From assembly GCA_965603355.1 (NCBI GenBank), contig CBFDCQ010000003.1:20802-84801 (forward strand): a stretch of 64,000 nucleotides of DNA, given 5' to 3'. A model generated the notes under the pieces. The model was not told the DNA's origin. It worked only from the letters and a program-made list of their open reading frames with translations, and did not search any database. A program made the translations under genes and the position numbers. The DNA is from an uncultured bacterium (GTDB lineage: Bacteria; Hydrogenedentota; CAZGCA01; CBFDCQ01). Below, in pieces: positions 63,160-64,000 of the stretch (the stretch's first letter is position 1; each line of letters starts with the position of its first letter).

Positions 63160-64000
63160 CTATTTTCTGACAAACACCTTGCCGGGCAACTGTCGCGCAA
63201 GACCCTTAAGCTCGAGCATCGTGAGAGCGCTCATGGTGTCCGCCGCGGACACCGCGCAGCCATCCGCAATTCTGTCAATGTGAAGAGGTTCCTCGCTCAG
63301 CGACCCGAGTATCCTCCCCTCAACGTCTGATAACTTAATATCCGGGTGGCCGGAGGGAGTGGGTGTGGAGGCTGCCGCCATCGCCACCTCACGTTCGATC
63401 TCGAGATGCCCCTCAATTTCCTCGATTATGTCGTTGGCGGTCTCCGTCAGTTTCGCCCCGTCTTTTATGAGCGAATGAGGCCCGTTTGTTCTGAAAGAGT
63501 TGACATTTCCGGGCACCGCGAACACCTCACGCCCCTGTTCCGAGGCGTACCTGGCGGTAATGAGCGCGCCGCTGCGGCTGTCGCCCTCAACCACGACGGT
63601 CCCCAAAGTCAGGCCGCTTATGATCCTGTTTCTTCTCGGGAAATTGCCTCCGCGCGCCGGACAACCCATCGGGAACTCCGAGATCACGCCGCCGCCGGAG
63701 ATGATCTGTTCCATAAGTTTTCGGTTCCCGGAAGGATAAACGACGTCAACACCGCCGCCAAGCACGGCTATCGTCCTTCCTCCCGCGTTCAGAGCGCCTC
63801 GGTGCGCCGCGGTGTCTATACCCTCCGCCATACCGCTGACGACCGTTACACCCTGCTGTGCCAGCTCGCCTGCGAGACGCTCGGCAACCTCCTTGCCGTA
63901 CATTGACGCCCGGCGCGTGCCGACTATGGCCACGCTGTTCTTGTCCCGTTCGAGCAGCTCCCCGCGCACATAGAGCAGGATAGGCGGTTCATAGATCTCC
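63160..64000 (-). CDS. dprA: DNA-processing protein DprA/Smf; N-terminus lies beyond the window end
   Basis: AIVGTRRASMYGKEVAERLAGELAQQGVTVVSGMAEGIDTAAHRGAL Rossmann core and C-terminal winged-helix-like part. The frame stays open through 64000 (..EIYEPPILLYVRGELL). Confidence 0.85.
   Translation of the reverse strand, partial: EIYEPPILLYVRGELLERDKNSVAIVGTRRASMYGKEVAERLAGELAQQGVTVVSGMAEGIDTAAHRGALNAGGRTIAVLGGGVDVVYPSGNRKLMEQIISGGGVISEFPMGCPARGGNFPRRNRIISGLTLGTVVVEGDSRSGALITARYASEQGREVFAVPGNVNSFRTNGPHSLIKDGAKLTETANDIIEEIEGHLEIEREVAMAAASTPTPSGHPDIKLSDVEGRILGSLSEEPLHIDRIADGCAVSAADTMSALTMLELKGLARQLPGKVFVRK

Noticed and set aside
1-64000. CRISPR arrays, rRNA genes, prophage or conjugative modules, toxin-antitoxin pairs
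   Set aside because: I found no regularly spaced direct repeats with unique spacers, no rRNA-like stretches, and no capsid, terminase, integrase, relaxase or small paired ORFs. The only periodic repeats are coding (PD40 blades, Wzt modules, 48-bp lipoprotein repeat).

Overview
64-kb chromosomal segment of a high-GC diderm bacterium. Hand-counted housekeeping lines are about 57-65% GC, and lpxK, exbB/exbD-type genes, lipoboxes and Tat signals are present. The lineage cannot be fixed from the sequence alone. I support about 64 protein genes, one tRNA-Gln and one gene fragment. Most are core metabolism in conserved arrangements: murA-hisD-hisC; a two-component pair; tsaB-pabB-pabC-rimI; ECF sigma/anti-sigma; a 14-kb co-directional minus-strand array of tRNA-Gln, glmU-prs-rplY-pth, ilvD-ilvB-ilvN, pckG, leuC-like, accD-folC; argC-argJ-argB; exbB-exbD; hisB-hisH; mgtE; pyrK-pyrD-pyrE; lepB-rhomboid; lpxK; dprA. 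Four regions are not ordinary. (1) 48.7-56.1 kb holds a compact wzm-wzt-B12/radical-SAM-GT4 export locus whose Wzt ATPase carries three tandem C-terminal modules. This is my best candidate for an undescribed glycan capping/recognition system. (2) 11.8-16.7 kb holds a low-GC sialidase plus beta-propeller hydrolase cassette. It sits at the junction of a duplicated segment (GAF-kinase 5' part, intergenic region, rimI 3' part) and creates a sialidase::RimI-tail chimera and a stand-alone GAF fragment. (3) 59.2-60.8 kb holds a 1.5-kb insertion with a REP-associated tyrosine transposase (RAYT) and an unknown 268-aa gene. About 86-bp direct repeats bracket it and re-create the 3' end of the upstream acetyltransferase gene. 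(4) Several families of GTAGG-headed REP hairpins occur, including REPIN-like doublets. A low-GC seven-blade PD40 propeller gene lies between two response regulators. No CRISPR array, rRNA or prophage was seen. Function calls rest on motifs I recognise by eye; no database search was possible.
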